Below, piece by piece: positions 46,682 through 54,965 of a DNA stretch of 64,000 bases. Every line of letters begins with the position of its first letter. Positions within the stretch are counted from its first letter, which is position 1. Where the stretch lies: positions 62,001 to 126,000 of IMG/VR virus record IMGVR_UViG_3300018962_000001; one strand, given 5' to 3'. The translations under genes and the position numbers were made by a program. The notes under the pieces are model-generated. The model saw nothing but the letters and a program-made list of their open reading frames with translations, was not told the DNA's origin and did not search any database.

Positions 46682-46905
46682 GATCGCCGCATCCTTATCC
46701 GGTGAGCGTACATGCTTTCGGTTGAAACCCGAGAGGTCCCTGGTTCGATCCCAGGTCTCCCCACCAGTCCCGTAGGCGCGGGAGCCGTCGCAAGCGGCTA
46801 ACTCGTGAGTATCCGGGTGGCGGACTCGCTTCGCCACGCGGGGGGAGATAGCTCAGTTGGTAGAGCGCTTATGTTTGTTCCGCTCGACGACCTTGTGCGG
46901 CGATC
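46682..46905 (+). ncRNA. handle RNA 8: permuted tRNA-Phe(GAA); 3' half 46719-46766, 5' half 46842-46869
   Basis: GATCGCCGCA/TGCGGCGATC outer stem; halves join to a perfect 76-nt cloverleaf. Confidence 0.8.
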
Positions 46906-47251
46906 TCCACTCCTGCCTTCGGCCTCGTGGCACCGATGTGCTGGGTTAAAGATCCCAAGGGAGCTTGCCACGTCCATTCACCGCAGGCCATCACCGTGAG
47001 GCGGCCACGATCCAGCGTGCTGGTGACAAAAGCGGTTGACTTTGCTGGGTGGAACAGGAACCTGGCTGCCAGCGCCACCTGCTGGGAGAAGTTCTGATAA
47101 GGCCAGCGGGACGCTCCTGCGACACCTGCTGTGCGGACGAACGTGGTGGCTTGCCATAGGCATGGGACTCGCTTCGGCGGGGAGCGACCAGCGGCCTGAT
47201 TGCGGGGCGTGAGTTTGCCGGTCTCGCCTTAGACAAAACCGGCGTATCTAT

Positions 47252-47329
47252 CGGGATGTGGCTCAGTCTGGCTAGAGCACTGCGTTCGGGACGCAGGGGT
47301 CGCAGGTTCAAATCCTGCCATTCCGACCA
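47252..47329 (+). tRNA. tRNA-Pro(CGG)
   Basis: canonical cloverleaf, ACCA. Confidence 0.95.
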
Positions 47330-47618
47330 GGATCAGGCCAGCGGCGCGGCACGGGGGAAACCGGCGGCGGCGGCGTTTCTTCGGAAGGGCCGGGATGCCG
47401 TGCATGATTACACTCCGTGCGCGTCGCGGACGATCTCGTCCGGCCAGCACCCGCAAGCAACCTCCCTTGCGTGTGTTGCTTGCAGCGGTCGGCTCCGAGC
47501 CGTGGACGATTCGGGCACGACAAGACCAGATCTGGCGTCCCCTTATCATCGGCGCTTACATTCGTGATGAGATTGACGCGCCGTGTCCTTGGACGCCAGA
47601 TCCCCGACAGGAGTGCGT

Positions 47619-47879
47619 ATGTCCACAATGCCTCCGGCCACTCAGATCGCGTCACTTCCTTCGGTGGCCGATCTGGAGCGGATGTACCAGGAGATCGATG
47701 ACGACCCGCATATTGCGCCGGACCAGAAGCAGATGCGGAAGGAGGCAGTCCTGGGCGACTGGGTGGATGGTCGTCGTCGCCAGGCGGAACAGACGATCGA
47801 GTCCCTTCGGTCTGGGACCGCAGGCCGTCCCTTGGGGCCGCCCCGCCGCCGCCGCCGGGGACTTTGGTGTTATTGGTAG
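47619..47879 (+). CDS. hypothetical protein
   Basis: AGGAG RBS. Confidence 0.5.
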   Translation: MSTMPPATQIASLPSVADLERMYQEIDDDPHIAPDQKQMRKEAVLGDWVDGRRRQAEQTIESLRSGTAGRPLGPPRRRRRGLWCYW

Positions 47880-47888
47880 GAGCGTGCT

Positions 47889-48386
47889 GTGGGTCATGTT
47901 GTCTCACGTTGGATCAAAGCCGGTCGTCTGCGGCGGGAGGCCGAAGACATTGGGAATACCGCAGAACGGATGGGTGTCGATGATTTAGCGTGTCGAGCCT
48001 TTGCCTTCGCGGCACGCATCCAGAGGTATGAGCAACGCTGGCGACAGCGCCTGACTGTTCCCCCGGAGAATCCCGTACCCAAGACTCGTTCTGAGGCCGA
48101 GGAGGCGTTTTGGGCCTATTGGGACACCCTTTCCGCCAAGCAGAAGCAGCAGATCCGCGAAATGCACGCTCCTGATCTGTGTCAGCGGATCGCGGCCATT
48201 ACTCACGAAATACGAACGCTGCCGGTGACAATCGCACATCACTGGCAGGTAGGGGCGTACGACCTGGCGAAAGCAGCGATTGCACGCTTGCACCGACTCA
48301 ACACCGAGGAGCATGCGTTGCGCAACGAGTGCCTGAACCGCGTAAAACACCACCTTGTCGACTATCGTACGGGCTTGAGGTCCTGA
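47889..48386 (+). CDS. hypothetical protein
   Basis: AGGAG RBS; 3' end overlaps tRNA-Ala. Confidence 0.6.
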   Translation: MGHVVSRWIKAGRLRREAEDIGNTAERMGVDDLACRAFAFAARIQRYEQRWRQRLTVPPENPVPKTRSEAEEAFWAYWDTLSAKQKQQIREMHAPDLCQRIAAITHEIRTLPVTIAHHWQVGAYDLAKAAIARLHRLNTEEHALRNECLNRVKHHLVDYRTGLRS

Positions 48387-48446
48387 AGGGAGGACGCCTG
48401 GTTTGCACCCAGGAGGTAGCGGGTTCGATCCCCGCCGAGTCCACCA
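48371..48446 (+). tRNA. tRNA-Ala(TGC)
   Basis: G3-U70, loop TT-TGC-AC, ACCA; A8. Confidence 0.9.
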
Positions 48447-48543
48447 TTGGTCCCGGCCTATCCGGGGGCAGCTCTGCGGGTAAGCTTGCCGGATGAATAA
48501 TGGAGTACTCCATGAAAAATCCTAGCACCCCCGCCCCTTCTGA

Positions 48544-48616
48544 TCCACGCTAGGCGAATTGGTAAGCCGTGAAGCTTTGGACTTCAAGATTCCTGGTTCG
48601 AGTCCAGGGCGTGGAA
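48544..48616 (+). tRNA. tRNA-Gln(TTG)
   Basis: T1-A72, loop CT-TTG-GA; no encoded CCA. Confidence 0.9.
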
Positions 48617-48621
48617 TCTTT

Positions 48622-48704
48622 GGGTTGGATGCGGCAGGGACCGCGTGCGGGCTGTAACCCCGTTGCCTTTGGCTAGGGAGGTTCGATACCTCTCCAACCC
48701 ACCA
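48622..48704 (+). tRNA. tRNA-Tyr(GTA)
   Basis: long variable arm, ACCA. Confidence 0.85.
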
Positions 48705-48896
48705 ATCCTCCGCTGCTGCCCGCCCTTCGTACGGAGGCCCGGCGGCGGCGGCGGTATCCGCGCCGTATAGGCCGCTCTGGATACGTCTCTGGAGCATGCC
48801 CGTAAGTCAATCCCCATCACCCCCGGTGGCACGAGCGCGGGAGTCGGGCAGCGTTGGACGACGAGGCGCTGCCCGGCGAGGGGGAAACGAGGAAGT

Positions 48897-49124
48897 ATGG
48901 ACCGCAAGGAGATCGGGCGCGAGATCAATGCCCTTGCTCAACGAATCAAGCCCCATAATGTCGCCGTGGGCCGACTTTTACAAGTTGTGGCGGGGGCGGT
49001 CTTTTCGCACCGCGAAGGTCTGCTGATCCAGGTAATTCACCCAGCAGCCGAGTTGATCCTGAGTGCGTTGAAGCTGGCGCGGATTCAACAGTCTGAGCAT
49101 AGTGAAAGGGCATCCGACCCATGA
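48897..49124 (+). CDS. hypothetical protein
   Basis: GAGG RBS. Confidence 0.55.
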   Translation: MDRKEIGREINALAQRIKPHNVAVGRLLQVVAGAVFSHREGLLIQVIHPAAELILSALKLARIQQSEHSERASDP

Positions 49125-49330
49125 GCCGCTACACACAGCGTGAACAGGACGTAGCAGACCTCTTAGATCGGGTAGAATCGGGATCTGGAGTCATCAGTGA
49201 TTTCACCGTTGACGACATTCTGCGCTACTTGATCCGGGCAACCGATCTGGAAGAAGTCACGATGTGTCTGGAGTTTATTCGTGCCGAGCAGGAATCGGCC
49301 CCCACCGATCCTGAACGGCTCTCATGGTAG
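49121..49330 (+). CDS. hypothetical protein
   Basis: ATGA overlap. Confidence 0.6.
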   Translation: MSRYTQREQDVADLLDRVESGSGVISDFTVDDILRYLIRATDLEEVTMCLEFIRAEQESAPTDPERLSW

Positions 49331-49339
49331 GAGGATACG

Positions 49340-49585
49340 TTGGTTGGGGGACAGGTGATTGATACCATTGTCCTTGTGGACAAGGTGTGGGTGAATACGC
49401 AGGCAGGGCGCGACACGTGCGCTATCTATGTCGAACGATCGCCAGATACGGAGCGGATTGCGCTCGGCGATTCGGTGTGGTGGCAAGGTCGGGAAGCGTA
49501 CTGGACCTCGGAGTCAATGGGGTGTGTCGATCGACCCATCCCGCGCATCGGGTACTCCGGTGTGGAACGCCCGGACGAGGCATAA
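49340..49585 (+). CDS. hypothetical protein
   Basis: GGAGG RBS. Confidence 0.6.
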   Translation: MVGGQVIDTIVLVDKVWVNTQAGRDTCAIYVERSPDTERIALGDSVWWQGREAYWTSESMGCVDRPIPRIGYSGVERPDEA

Positions 49586-49609
49586 GACCGCGATGATCGG
49601 AGCGCAGAG

Positions 49610-50020
49610 ATGTTTCCACGACGTATGAGCGATTTGCTGGATCTCGGGGTGAGCGTTCGAGTTGCCGAGCCGGATACCGATCCGTGGGATGGTGTGATCA
49701 TCCGATTTACGGAGGGAAGCTTCTCTGCTCCGGGCGAAGAAGAAGTCATCGTGATGCGAAAAGCTGACTATGATACGAGTGGTCAATCGCACGCGGGGAA
49801 TACGGCGCGGGTCGAAGTACAATACCTTACCCCGCTTGATCCGGGGGCTTCATTTCGGACGGCGGCGGCGGCGGTCTTGGAGTGGTTGAGTCGTGAATAT
49901 ATTATCGCTGAGGATAATATCGTCCGAGAGATATTCCCAACGTCCAAGACGATAGAAGAATTGGCGACCGATTTTGCAGAAACGCAGCTTCGAACGATGG
50001 CAGGCGAGGAGTGGGAATAA
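49610..50020 (+). CDS. hypothetical protein
   Basis: GGAG RBS; stop abuts tRNA. Confidence 0.65.
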   Translation: MFPRRMSDLLDLGVSVRVAEPDTDPWDGVIIRFTEGSFSAPGEEEVIVMRKADYDTSGQSHAGNTARVEVQYLTPLDPGASFRTAAAAVLEWLSREYIIAEDNIVREIFPTSKTIEELATDFAETQLRTMAGEEWE

Positions 50021-50096
50021 CGCGGTGTAGCTCAACTGGTGGAGCAGGCGTCTCATACGCGCCGGGCTGGTGGTTCGAATCCACCCATCGCGACCA
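50021..50096 (+). tRNA. tRNA-Met/Ile2(CAT), elongator type
   Basis: paired C1-G72, loop CT-CAT-AC, ACCA. Confidence 0.9.
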
Positions 50097-50195
50097 GGAC
50101 GCACAGGTATTTGCTGTACGGCTGTGCGGCCATGTTTCCTCGTTTGAGGCGTGGCAGGGGCGGATCGAGTCCCCGCTCCTGCCAGTCTCGATTAT

Positions 50196-50271
50196 GCGCG
50201 AGTAGCTCAGCTGGCAGAGCGGCGGATTCCCATTCCGCAGGTCGCGGGTTCGATCCCCGTTTCGCGCTCCA
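50196..50271 (+). tRNA. tRNA-Gly(CCC)
   Basis: U73, CCA. Confidence 0.95.
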
Positions 50272-50410
50272 GTCCGATTGCCTGCGGGAGAACAGTCATG
50301 TTGTCGGGCTGACTCAAGCGCTTGGGTGATCCATTCGTGGGAGGCCGTGCGTCGACGCGGTGTGTGCAGACCAGCCTCCAAAATAGCCCCATGTGGGCAG
50401 TCGGATATAC

Positions 50411-50486
50411 GTGCTTGTAGCTCAGTTGGTAGAGCATCTGTCTGAAAAGCAGAAGGTCGCGGGTTCGATCCCCGCCGAGTACACCA
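50411..50486 (+). tRNA. tRNA-Phe(GAA)
   Basis: canonical cloverleaf, ACCA. Confidence 0.95.
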
Positions 50487-50575
50487 GGGCGTAAGCCCTC
50501 CTTATTGTTCCCGCCCGGATGGACTTCTCACATGAAAGGGAAGTCCTCCCAGACGCTAACCTCCGGGCGGGGTTT

Positions 50576-50651
50576 GCGGCGGTAGCTCAAATGGTAGAGT
50601 GCCGTTCTTCCAAATCGGATGTTCCCGGTTCGAGTCCGGGTCGCCGCACCA
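50576..50651 (+). tRNA. tRNA-Gly(TCC)
   Basis: loop CT-TCC-AA; A73 instead of the usual U73. Confidence 0.9.
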
Positions 50652-50787
50652 TAGGTAAGGGAGTGGCAGACTCTCGGTGCCAGGGCGCAGCGGTGGTTGG
50701 GGCTGCGGCACCATCGCGAAGGATACGGATCAGGAGTTCGCACAGCACTCCTGATCCGGCCTTCGATCTGCCGATATAGCTTAGTTG

Positions 50788-50863
50788 GCCGGTATAGCTC
50801 AGTTGGGAGAGCATTTCCTTGGTAAGGAGAAGGTCCTGGGTTCGAGTCCCAGTGCTGGCCCCA
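50788..50863 (+). tRNA. tRNA-Thr(GGT)
   Basis: cloverleaf, CCA. Confidence 0.95.
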
Positions 50864-50883
50864 TTCGTTTGTTCGGAGGATGT

Positions 50884-51183
50884 ATGCATCTCGTGTTCCT
50901 GTTAGCTCCTGATGGCCGTCCGACCACGTTCCAAGTTGGCGAAGGTGATCCTTCAACGGGGGCTGTCTGCGATGACGAGTATGTGCTTGGGTTTGGTATG
51001 GCCTCGGAGGTCGATCCTGCCGGGCCGGACGCGGGCGATGAGGAGCGAGAGCACTTTGTCGCGCTGGTCCGCACCACGGGGCGCGATCTGGTCATGTACC
51101 GGATGACGGAGGATGGCAGCGCGATTGATATGGCGCGTCCGATCGGCATGTTCCTCTGGAGGGACTTTAGTAATGCCGGGTGA
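50884..51183 (+). CDS. hypothetical protein
   Basis: GGAGG RBS. Confidence 0.6.
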   Translation: MHLVFLLAPDGRPTTFQVGEGDPSTGAVCDDEYVLGFGMASEVDPAGPDAGDEEREHFVALVRTTGRDLVMYRMTEDGSAIDMARPIGMFLWRDFSNAG

Positions 51184-51403
51184 TTCCGTGGACGTGTCCC
51201 GGATGCGCCGAGTCGATGAGATCCAGGTGGGTCTGCCCTATCTTGTCGCCTTTCATGCCGATTGTGTCTCCGGTCAGTTTCTTGCGACCCTGATTCATCG
51301 GGACACGAACCCCTATGATCCACCGGAGTATATCCTTTTCTGGAGTAATGGGGTTCGTCTCGCAGGCTATATCGACAACTTCACGATTGAGGAAATGCTA
51401 TGA
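51173..51403 (+). CDS. hypothetical protein
   Basis: chain. Confidence 0.55.
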   Translation: MPGDSVDVSRMRRVDEIQVGLPYLVAFHADCVSGQFLATLIHRDTNPYDPPEYILFWSNGVRLAGYIDNFTIEEML

Positions 51404-51669
51404 GCTGGCGCGATCGGGTCGAGGTCGATGAGCTAGAGGTCGGTGAATTCTACTGGGTCCGCATTGATGCTGATCCAATTCGCGCCAGCTTTGTTGCCCT
51501 GTTACTCGGTGTTGAATCGAGTCAGGATGACACGGAAACGGTGTACACCTTTCACTGGGGCACCGGCGCGGAACTGACCGGCCCGGCCCGGTCGTTTATT
51601 TTCGAGAAGGCGTACATGCCCTCCTATAGTCGAATTCTTTGGAGCGGGAAGGGGTCGACGCCGACTTAG
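51400..51669 (+). CDS. hypothetical protein, probable paralog of 51173-51403
   Basis: VDELEVGEFYWV vs VDEIQVGLPYLV; FHWGTG vs LFWSNG. Confidence 0.6.
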   Translation: MSWRDRVEVDELEVGEFYWVRIDADPIRASFVALLLGVESSQDDTETVYTFHWGTGAELTGPARSFIFEKAYMPSYSRILWSGKGSTPT

Positions 51670-51683
51670 GGACCTTCAGCAAT

Positions 51684-51759
51684 GCCTGCCTAACTCAACT
51701 GGTAGAGTGGCTCTTTTACACGGAGTAAGTTGGGGGTTCGAGTCCCTCGGCGGGCACCA
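51684..51759 (+). tRNA. tRNA-Val(TAC)
   Basis: cloverleaf, ACCA. Confidence 0.95.
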
Positions 51760-51990
51760 CAGGTAGGGCGGCTGTAACCAATGGCCTGCCAGATCGTACC
51801 GGATAGACGTATTCGCCACCTCGATCTGGAAAACCGCCGCCCACACCCGAACGCAACGCGGCGATATGACGTGTTGAGCAACGTGACCTTGCTAGGTGGA
51901 GACAACGGTGAGGACCATCTCTTTGAGGGTGCGACATCGCAAGATTAGCGCCGTTCCACCAATCGGGGAAGGACCGATCGTTCGGGGCGT

Positions 51991-52063
51991 GCCGGAGTGG
52001 CGCAATTGGCAGCGCAGCGGGTTTGTATCTCGCGGGTTGGCGGTTCGACTCCGCCCTTCGGCC
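51991..52063 (+). tRNA. tRNA-Thr(TGT)
   Basis: cloverleaf; CCA not fully encoded. Confidence 0.9.
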
Positions 52064-52086
52064 CACACTATGAAGGATGCCTGATC

Positions 52087-52437
52087 GTGGATGGTGATTC
52101 GATCAATGTGACGGCGATGAACATTCAGCTTCAGCCAGGGCAGCAGATTCAGGCGTATCTCTGGCAGTGCGGCGACGAGTACTGCCAATGCACCGAACCA
52201 CGCATCCAAATTATGGATGCGATGCCGACGTTGCCACCGAGGCAACCGTACTGGACTCCTCGCCGGGATCTCTGGATCGGACCGTTCGGATCGGGCATCC
52301 ATGATTTCCCTGATGAATACGCCCAGACCAAAGCCCAGACTGTTGCAGCAGTGCGAGCGTTTCAGGCGGCAGGATTTGAGGTAAAGCTCGACACCACGAT
52401 CGAGTGGTGGTTGGAAGAATCCACAGACCAGGAGTAA
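52087..52437 (+). CDS. hypothetical protein
   Basis: GTG start after GAAGGA; CGDEYCQC. Confidence 0.55.
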   Translation: MDGDSINVTAMNIQLQPGQQIQAYLWQCGDEYCQCTEPRIQIMDAMPTLPPRQPYWTPRRDLWIGPFGSGIHDFPDEYAQTKAQTVAAVRAFQAAGFEVKLDTTIEWWLEESTDQE

Positions 52438-52608
52438 ACACGAGCGAGGCGATGGGCGAGTGTGGCAGGATGACACCTTTCTGGACCGGCGGCGGCGGCG
52501 GATCTGCCTGGGACGCCACCACGTCCCCAGAAGCGCGGCAGCGCGGGCAGGCAGCCCGACCGAAGGAATCGCTGCACGAGCCGGATCGAGACCGGCCCAC
52601 GCCACCAT

Positions 52609-52683
52609 GCGGCTATCGTCTAGGGGTGAAGATGGGATCTTGCCATGATCCAGACGGCGGTTCGAGTCCGCCTAGCCGCACCA
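52609..52683 (+). tRNA. tRNA-Gly(GCC)
   Basis: cloverleaf, ACCA (A73). Confidence 0.9.
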
Positions 52684-52687
52684 GCAC

Positions 52688-52772
52688 GCAAGCGTGGCGA
52701 AATTGGGAGACGCGCCGCACTTAAACTGCGGTGGCTTCGGTCATGCGGGTTCGAGTCCCGCCGCTTGCACCA
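52688..52772 (+). tRNA. tRNA-Leu(TAA)
   Basis: long variable arm, ACCA. Confidence 0.95.
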
Positions 52773-52803
52773 ACAAAGGATCGCTAGTATCGGGGCTTTC
52801 TCT

Positions 52804-52879
52804 GCCGGTGTGGCGCAATTGGTAGCGCACCTCATTCGTAATGAGGGGGTTGTGGGTTCAAGTCCCACCATCGGCCCCA
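52804..52879 (+). tRNA. tRNA-Thr(CGT)
   Basis: cloverleaf, CCA. Confidence 0.95.
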
Positions 52880-53059
52880 TTCCCGGTTCTCGCTCCGGGT
52901 TAGGACCGAAAGGGCAAGGTCGTCGCGAGTCGACACGACCACCACCAAAAGCGAAACAAGACGCGCGTGCGGGAACCCGGCACTTGGTCGTGACTAGCCG
53001 ATCAGGCGTGGCATGTCGGTCTGTGCGAATCCCACGTCCCGCAACGTAGCTTCTCCTTC

Positions 53060-53088
53060 TTGACATACGCGCTATCTTGCGCTATGAT
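53060..53088 (+). promoter_or_regulatory. sigma70-type promoter
   Basis: TTGACA-N17-TATGAT. Confidence 0.85.
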
Positions 53089-53114
53089 GCAAAGGTAGCA
53101 TACAAGGAGGCGAT

Positions 53115-53471
53115 ATGGAGGCTGAGGCAAAGATTGAGGTATCGTGGCACCAAGTCGAAGCGATTCGGGCGCGCATAGCCTTAATCTTGAAACATGATCG
53201 CTGTTTTGATGCCAGTCCGTTACGAGTCGCCGCGGCGCAGGTGTGCTTTGACCTGTATCGGATTCATCACTTGCGGGTTGACCGGCCCACAGCGGATTAT
53301 GCCGCTGCCCTATTTGCGATGGTCGAGCACAAAGGGCACCTGTTGTTTGGAAGTCGTCCTGGATGTGCCTATTGTCAAGGTCTGATTCGCTTTAATGAGC
53401 GCGATGCGGCGGCACTCCGGGCTACCTATGAGTCCGCAGATCGCGCGGTGGAGACTGTTGCGCATGAGTGA
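53115..53471 (+). CDS. hypothetical protein
   Basis: AAGGAGG RBS. Confidence 0.7.
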   Translation: MEAEAKIEVSWHQVEAIRARIALILKHDRCFDASPLRVAAAQVCFDLYRIHHLRVDRPTADYAAALFAMVEHKGHLLFGSRPGCAYCQGLIRFNERDAAALRATYESADRAVETVAHE

Positions 53472-53661
53472 TGCGTATGATTTTACCGTCGCCCTTGGCC
53501 GATCCTTTGCCAATCCTGCGGCGGCGGCGGCGTGGCTCAATACGCCGAGTCCTGCATTAAAGGGCGAGCGGCCCGTTGTGGTGGCGCACCGTGGCGAGTA
53601 TGACGCGGTGATCGCGGCCATCTCGGCGGATCGTGAATCCGCCGAGAAAGAGATCGTATGA
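53464..53661 (+). CDS. Xre/MbcA/ParS antitoxin C-terminal domain protein
   Basis: AAAWLNTPSPALKGERP...GEYDAVIAAI. Confidence 0.7.
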   Translation: MSDAYDFTVALGRSFANPAAAAAWLNTPSPALKGERPVVVAHRGEYDAVIAAISADRESAEKEIV

Positions 53662-53858
53662 AGATCTTGTTCGCCTATCATACCGATCAAGACCAGCTCC
53701 GTGCCTTTGCCGATAAAGTACAGGCGGATGTTCGGGCACATATCGGTACCTATTGTGAGGATGAAGAATCCTCGGTGGATCTCCATATCGAGGAAGCAGA
53801 TCTGTTTGAGGTTCGGACGATCGCACATGCCTTTGGCGTCGACCTCGAAGAAGCCTGA
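53658..53858 (+). CDS. hypothetical protein
   Basis: ATGA overlap. Confidence 0.6.
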   Translation: MKILFAYHTDQDQLRAFADKVQADVRAHIGTYCEDEESSVDLHIEEADLFEVRTIAHAFGVDLEEA

Positions 53859-53871
53859 TCGCTGTTCTTGA

Positions 53872-53946
53872 TGTCCGGTAGCTCAATGGTAGAGCGGCGC
53901 ACTGTTAATGCGCTGGTTGTGGGTTCGAGTCCCACCTGGGCAGCCA
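53872..53946 (+). tRNA. tRNA-Asn(GTT)
   Basis: cloverleaf, GCCA. Confidence 0.95.
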
Positions 53947-54095
53947 GTCGATCGAGGTCTGCGGAATCTGGGTCGGACCCCGTGTACGCCGGGCGGCTAC
54001 GGCGTAGCTAGGTGCTGGGACGTGCAGCATCCCTTGTATCTCGCCAGGGGCGAAGCGAGTACCTGCCGGATGATCCGCAGATCGATCCGGCACGC

Positions 54096-54169
54096 TGCGG
54101 AGTAGAGGAGTGGTCGTCCTCATCTGGCTCATAACCAGAAGATCGGTGGTTCGAATCCACCCTCCGCGA
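54096..54169 (+). tRNA. tRNA-Met(CAT), initiator-like
   Basis: weak T1-G72 and A11-U24, but only two G-C pairs at the AC stem end; no CCA. Confidence 0.85.
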
Positions 54170-54173
54170 CTAT

Positions 54174-54248
54174 GGGGGCGTATGCTATGGGTAATGCAGC
54201 GAGACTTTCAATCTCGTGATGGGGGTTCGAGTCCCCCCGTCCCTACCA
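54174..54248 (+). tRNA. tRNA-Glu(TTC)
   Basis: loop CT-TTC-AA, ACCA. Confidence 0.9.
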
Positions 54249-54269
54249 TTTTGTTGGATCGGAGGCCCT

Positions 54270-54965
54270 ATGTGGCACCCGGCGATGCCGGAGGCGTATC
54301 AGAACCAGATCCTTACGGCGGATTGCCGGGCATTTGCCGCGCAGATCCCGGACGAAAGCTGTGACTTGATCTTTACTGATCCCGTGTACGAGCGCATCGA
54401 GGACTATGCCTGGCTCGCGGAAACGGCGCAGCGAATCTTGAAACCAAACTCGGCCTGTCTCGTCTGGTATGATCATCCACGTTTTGATGCTGCCTATCGT
54501 GTGATGGTTCCACCCCTCACCTATGTGTGGCAGATGTACTGGCAGCGGTATGGCGCACCTACGGCGGGGCGTGCGGGCATTACGGTGATTACGCCGTGTC
54601 TTTGGCTTGAAAAGGGGCGAAGTCGAACGTATCGCAAAATCGGGGATGCCTACGGCGCTGGATTTGGTGGGGATCGGCTCTTTGAGCATAAGTGGTCAAA
54701 GCCCTATGGCCTTGTGCGCAAATGGGTGGATGCCTTTACCAAACCGGGGATGGTGGTCGCCGATTTCTTCTGTGGGTCAGGCGTGGTACCGGGTGCGTGT
54801 ACCGAGCTAGGGCGCAACTATCTCGCCTGCGAGATCGATCCGCACACGGCAAGCAAAGCCCGGCAGGCGGTCAGTCGGATTCAGGTCCCCCATCCCGATC
54901 TTGTCGGTCAGGAGGGCTGGGACATGGGCGCTCAGAAAAAGAAACGGAAAGGATCACGGACATGA
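54270..54965 (+). CDS. DNA methyltransferase (N4-C/N6-A, beta class)
   Basis: DLIFTDPVY precedes VVADFFCGSG. Confidence 0.85.
   Translation: MWHPAMPEAYQNQILTADCRAFAAQIPDESCDLIFTDPVYERIEDYAWLAETAQRILKPNSACLVWYDHPRFDAAYRVMVPPLTYVWQMYWQRYGAPTAGRAGITVITPCLWLEKGRSRTYRKIGDAYGAGFGGDRLFEHKWSKPYGLVRKWVDAFTKPGMVVADFFCGSGVVPGACTELGRNYLACEIDPHTASKARQAVSRIQVPHPDLVGQEGWDMGAQKKKRKGSRT

Noticed and set aside
46529-46766. Alternative reading: 5' half at 46529 spliced to the Phe 3' half with tRNA-Pro(GGG) nested as an intron
   Set aside because: The acceptor and AC pairing are poorer than in the permuted assignment, and the handle stems enclose the permuted pairs instead.
43817-46905. Archaeal/eukaryal BHB splice motifs at the permuted junctions
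   Set aside because: No 3-4-3 bulge-helix-bulge was found by eye, and TACA is not at a fixed distance from the predicted junctions, so a simple fixed-site splice rule is not supported.
47205-47250. RNase P 3' motif ACAAAACCGGCGTA
   Set aside because: Its partner is a local hairpin 20 nt upstream, not a long-range P4.
50153-50184. Minihelix-like hairpin GGCAGGG...ATCGAGT...TCCTGCCA
   Set aside because: The T stem is imperfect and there are no handle flanks; too weak to call.
50770-50788. Extra tRNA 5' fragment GCCGATATAGCTTAGTTGG
   Set aside because: It looks like a short tandem duplication of the Thr(GGT) 5' end, with no matching 3' half.
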